From a virus (Duplodnaviria; Caudoviricetes): DNA of 46,828 bases. The notes beneath the pieces are model-generated. The model made no database searches, was not told the DNA's origin, and saw only the letters and a program-made list of their open reading frames with translations. Each line of letters begins with the position of its first letter. The first letter of the stretch is position 1. The position numbers and the translations under genes are program-made. The stretch is taken from IMG/VR virus record IMGVR_UViG_3300020161_000581, positions 1 to 46,828 of that record; one strand, written 5' to 3'. Shown here in pieces: positions 45,040 to 46,828 of this stretch.

Positions 45040-46025
45040 CAGATTACCATTAATTGAGTTAATACATATGGAAGAAGTATTTGGTCTACGTATACATTTC
45101 CTGTTCCACGATATGCTTCTGCATTGTACTCGAACTTCCAATCAAATGACTGAACATTGTTTACGTATTTTGCTCTCCAAATAGAGTCTTTAGAAAAATA
45201 ATCTTTCATTAACTCTATACATGCTATTTCAATATCGTCTGGTACGGAATCCCATCCATACCTTCCTTGCACACGATATCTATAATCTTTTATAAAAACA
45301 CCAGAACCATTGTCATTAATTGATGGAGGAACCATTCCGTTTGCTGTATACACTGTATTGTCTAGCATGTCTGCTCTGTTAATTCTTATTCCAAAACCAG
45401 ATTCTGTTACTTGAGTTGCATAGTTCCAATTATTTATTTCATTAATGGTGTCTAATAATAAAATATCATTTGAATATAATTTGTGCAACGTGTTTAATTT
45501 AAAAGGTAATGGAAGGATGTCTGAACCCGAACCATAGGCAACTTGAACATCATCATATAGACAAAACTTTTGGCCAGTATAGTTTTCTATTACTTTTCGT
45601 GCATATTTCTCCGCCATTACTAGTTCGTGATATGTTTTATAATTTGGATCAGAAGGATCAGTTCCAAAACCCATATCTTCAATAGCTTCTGATAGGTTGC
45701 AATACGGCTGCACTACGTCAACATACGTTACATGGTTTTGAGATTGGCTATTTATTTGGTATGCCCAATTAACTTTAAACTTTTTTATTCTATTAGTTAA
45801 GTTATATGGAATATTTATTTTATATGAACCATTATCAGTTTCTATTTTTGTTGCCTGAATAGAAAGAACTGGGGTTGCTGGATTTACTGCTGGCGTTACG
45901 GCAGGATCTTCTGTAATATCATAAACTGTAGCCATGACGTAATCACTGTCCGCATCTATGATTTCGCCACCAAAAATTATTTTTGTTGCTGTTGGTGAAT
46001 TAGTGTTTATGTATACTTCTGCCAT
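45039..46025 (-). CDS. Head-to-tail connector with N-terminal Ig-like extension
   Basis: PYC...A...IENYTGQKF, YGWDSVPDDIEIA, VDQILLPY. Confidence 0.7.
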   Translation of the reverse strand: MAEVYINTNSPTATKIIFGGEIIDADSDYVMATVYDITEDPAVTPAVNPATPVLSIQATKIETDNGSYKINIPYNLTNRIKKFKVNWAYQINSQSQNHVTYVDVVQPYCNLSEAIEDMGFGTDPSDPNYKTYHELVMAEKYARKVIENYTGQKFCLYDDVQVAYGSGSDILPLPFKLNTLHKLYSNDILLLDTINEINNWNYATQVTESGFGIRINRADMLDNTVYTANGMVPPSINDNGSGVFIKDYRYRVQGRYGWDSVPDDIEIACIELMKDYFSKDSIWRAKYVNNVQSFDWKFEYNAEAYRGTGNVYVDQILLPYVLTQLMVI

Positions 46026-46039
46026 TTTAAAGATTTAGT

Positions 46040-46435
46040 TTAGCTGTAGAAGTCTTGCGCTTCCTTTGGTGTGGCTAATCTAAAACCATCCTCCTTATCA
46101 AAAATTTCTTGAGCTGTATCTTCTGACATTGCTGCAAAGGGATGATTCCTTGTGAATGTATATCCCATTGTATCGTATCTGTGGTTAGCCCTAGTCATTC
46201 TTACAAGAACTTCGTCCTTGCCTTGCTTTTTCTTTACATCAAATCTTGGTAAAACTTCAATCTCTTCTTCTGCATCATCTATGTCTTTAAGTGTTTTTGA
46301 GTATACCGCCCAGGTAACACCTTCTTCTGCTAGCGCTGCAATTACGTCTGTTTTGCTTTTTACGTTTTCTAAGTCTACTCCGAAATCTTCGGCAACCTTT
46401 TTAAGTTCAGCTAATTTTAATGTCTCAAATGACAT
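46040..46435 (-). CDS. Small protein with Rho-N/HeH-like N-terminal domain
   Basis: LKLAELKKVAEDFGV...KTDVIAAL; directly after capsid gene. Confidence 0.6.
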   Translation of the reverse strand: MSFETLKLAELKKVAEDFGVDLENVKSKTDVIAALAEEGVTWAVYSKTLKDIDDAEEEIEVLPRFDVKKKQGKDEVLVRMTRANHRYDTMGYTFTRNHPFAAMSEDTAQEIFDKEDGFRLATPKEAQDFYS

Positions 46436-46461
46436 ATATTCTCCTTAGTTTAGGTTATTTA

Positions 46462-46470
46462 ATTATAGCA
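46462..46470 (-). promoter_or_regulatory. Extended -10 promoter TGCTATAAT
   Basis: Exact motif just downstream of the capsid terminator. Confidence 0.65.
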
Positions 46471-46480
46471 TTACTAAATT

Positions 46481-46512
46481 AAAATGAGAAGCCCCCAAAA
46501 TTAATTGGGGGC
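46481..46512 (-). terminator. Intrinsic terminator after major capsid gene
   Basis: GCCCCCAA-TTAATT-TTGGGGGC then TTCTCATTTT. Confidence 0.8.
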
Positions 46513-46534
46513 CTCTATTTGGATTAATTCCTAA

Positions 46535-46828
46535 TTAGGAAGCAATCTTAACGTTCTTTACAACTACCCAAGCGTCTGCTTGCTCAATTTGAACGCCAAC
46601 ACGAGTATACATTGTGTACTCGATTGAGTCCTTCTTTGGCCAGAAGAAGCGGTAAACAGTTACGTCACGCTTGATACCAATAACTACGTTATTTGGGAAT
46701 GTCAAGTGTACGTCACCGTGTGAACCTGCTGCTGCTGAGTATGTACCATCTTGTGTCTCGTCTAGAAGTGGAACTTCAACGATTGGAATACCAAATGCGT
46801 ATGGAGCTACATATCCTGCTGGACCTGA
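46535..46828 (-). CDS. Major capsid protein (HK97 fold), C-terminal 97 aa, 5'-truncated
   Basis: Not in ORF track. Manual: ...YAFGIPIVEVPLL...LTFPNNVVIGIKRDVTVYR...IEYTMYTRVGVQIEQADAWVVVKNV*; biased codons, strong terminator, followed by head-tail genes. Confidence 0.85.
   Translation of the reverse strand, partial: SGPAGYVAPYAFGIPIVEVPLLDETQDGTYSAAAGSHGDVHLTFPNNVVIGIKRDVTVYRFFWPKKDSIEYTMYTRVGVQIEQADAWVVVKNVKIAS

Noticed and set aside
2208-45141. Longest-ORF starts at 2228, 17571, 19589, 24051, 30138 and 45141
   Set aside because: They extend into upstream genes; downstream starts have better RBS or coupling and match expected N-termini
1567-46448. All plus-strand ORFs in the track
   Set aside because: They lie antisense to convincing minus-strand genes, lack recognisable motifs and read as shadow frames
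1-46828. Alternative genetic code or stop-codon reassignment
   Set aside because: Long intact genes under the standard code with TAA, TAG and TGA all used as stops; no suppressor tRNA

Overview
A 46.8-kb, AT-rich segment of a large tailed dsDNA phage (long tape measure and tail tube, no sheath seen, so siphovirus-like). All credible genes lie on the minus strand. In transcription order (right to left): 3' end of the HK97-fold major capsid gene; head-tail joining genes; major tail protein; tail assembly chaperones with a -1 frameshift site (CCCAAAC); a 2217-aa tape measure; distal/minor tail and Ig/FN3-rich fibre genes; a metallophosphoesterase; a replication/recombination module (DnaB, primase, gp32-like SSB, DnaE, RecA, Cas4-like exonuclease, RuvC); a GT2/NTP-transferase/DUF1599 trio; small and large terminase; and an accessory block (two SGNH-like paralogues, a micro-ORF, a NodU/CmcH carbamoyltransferase, tRNA-CAT, a luciferase-like monooxygenase, a thermonuclease). 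Gene order, extended -10 promoters and apparent leaderless starts suggest a relative of the large Streptomyces/freshwater-actinobacterial siphoviruses; the host is inferred, not shown. Most interesting: (i) an SGNH + micro-peptide + carbamoyltransferase cassette reminiscent of the sxtI/K/L module; (ii) N-x-GG-bounded cargo modules inside the tape measure; (iii) a C-terminal domain shared by two different tail proteins; (iv) six micro-ORFs missed by the ORF track, including a C2H2 zinc finger. All protein calls come from motif recognition by eye; no database searches were run.
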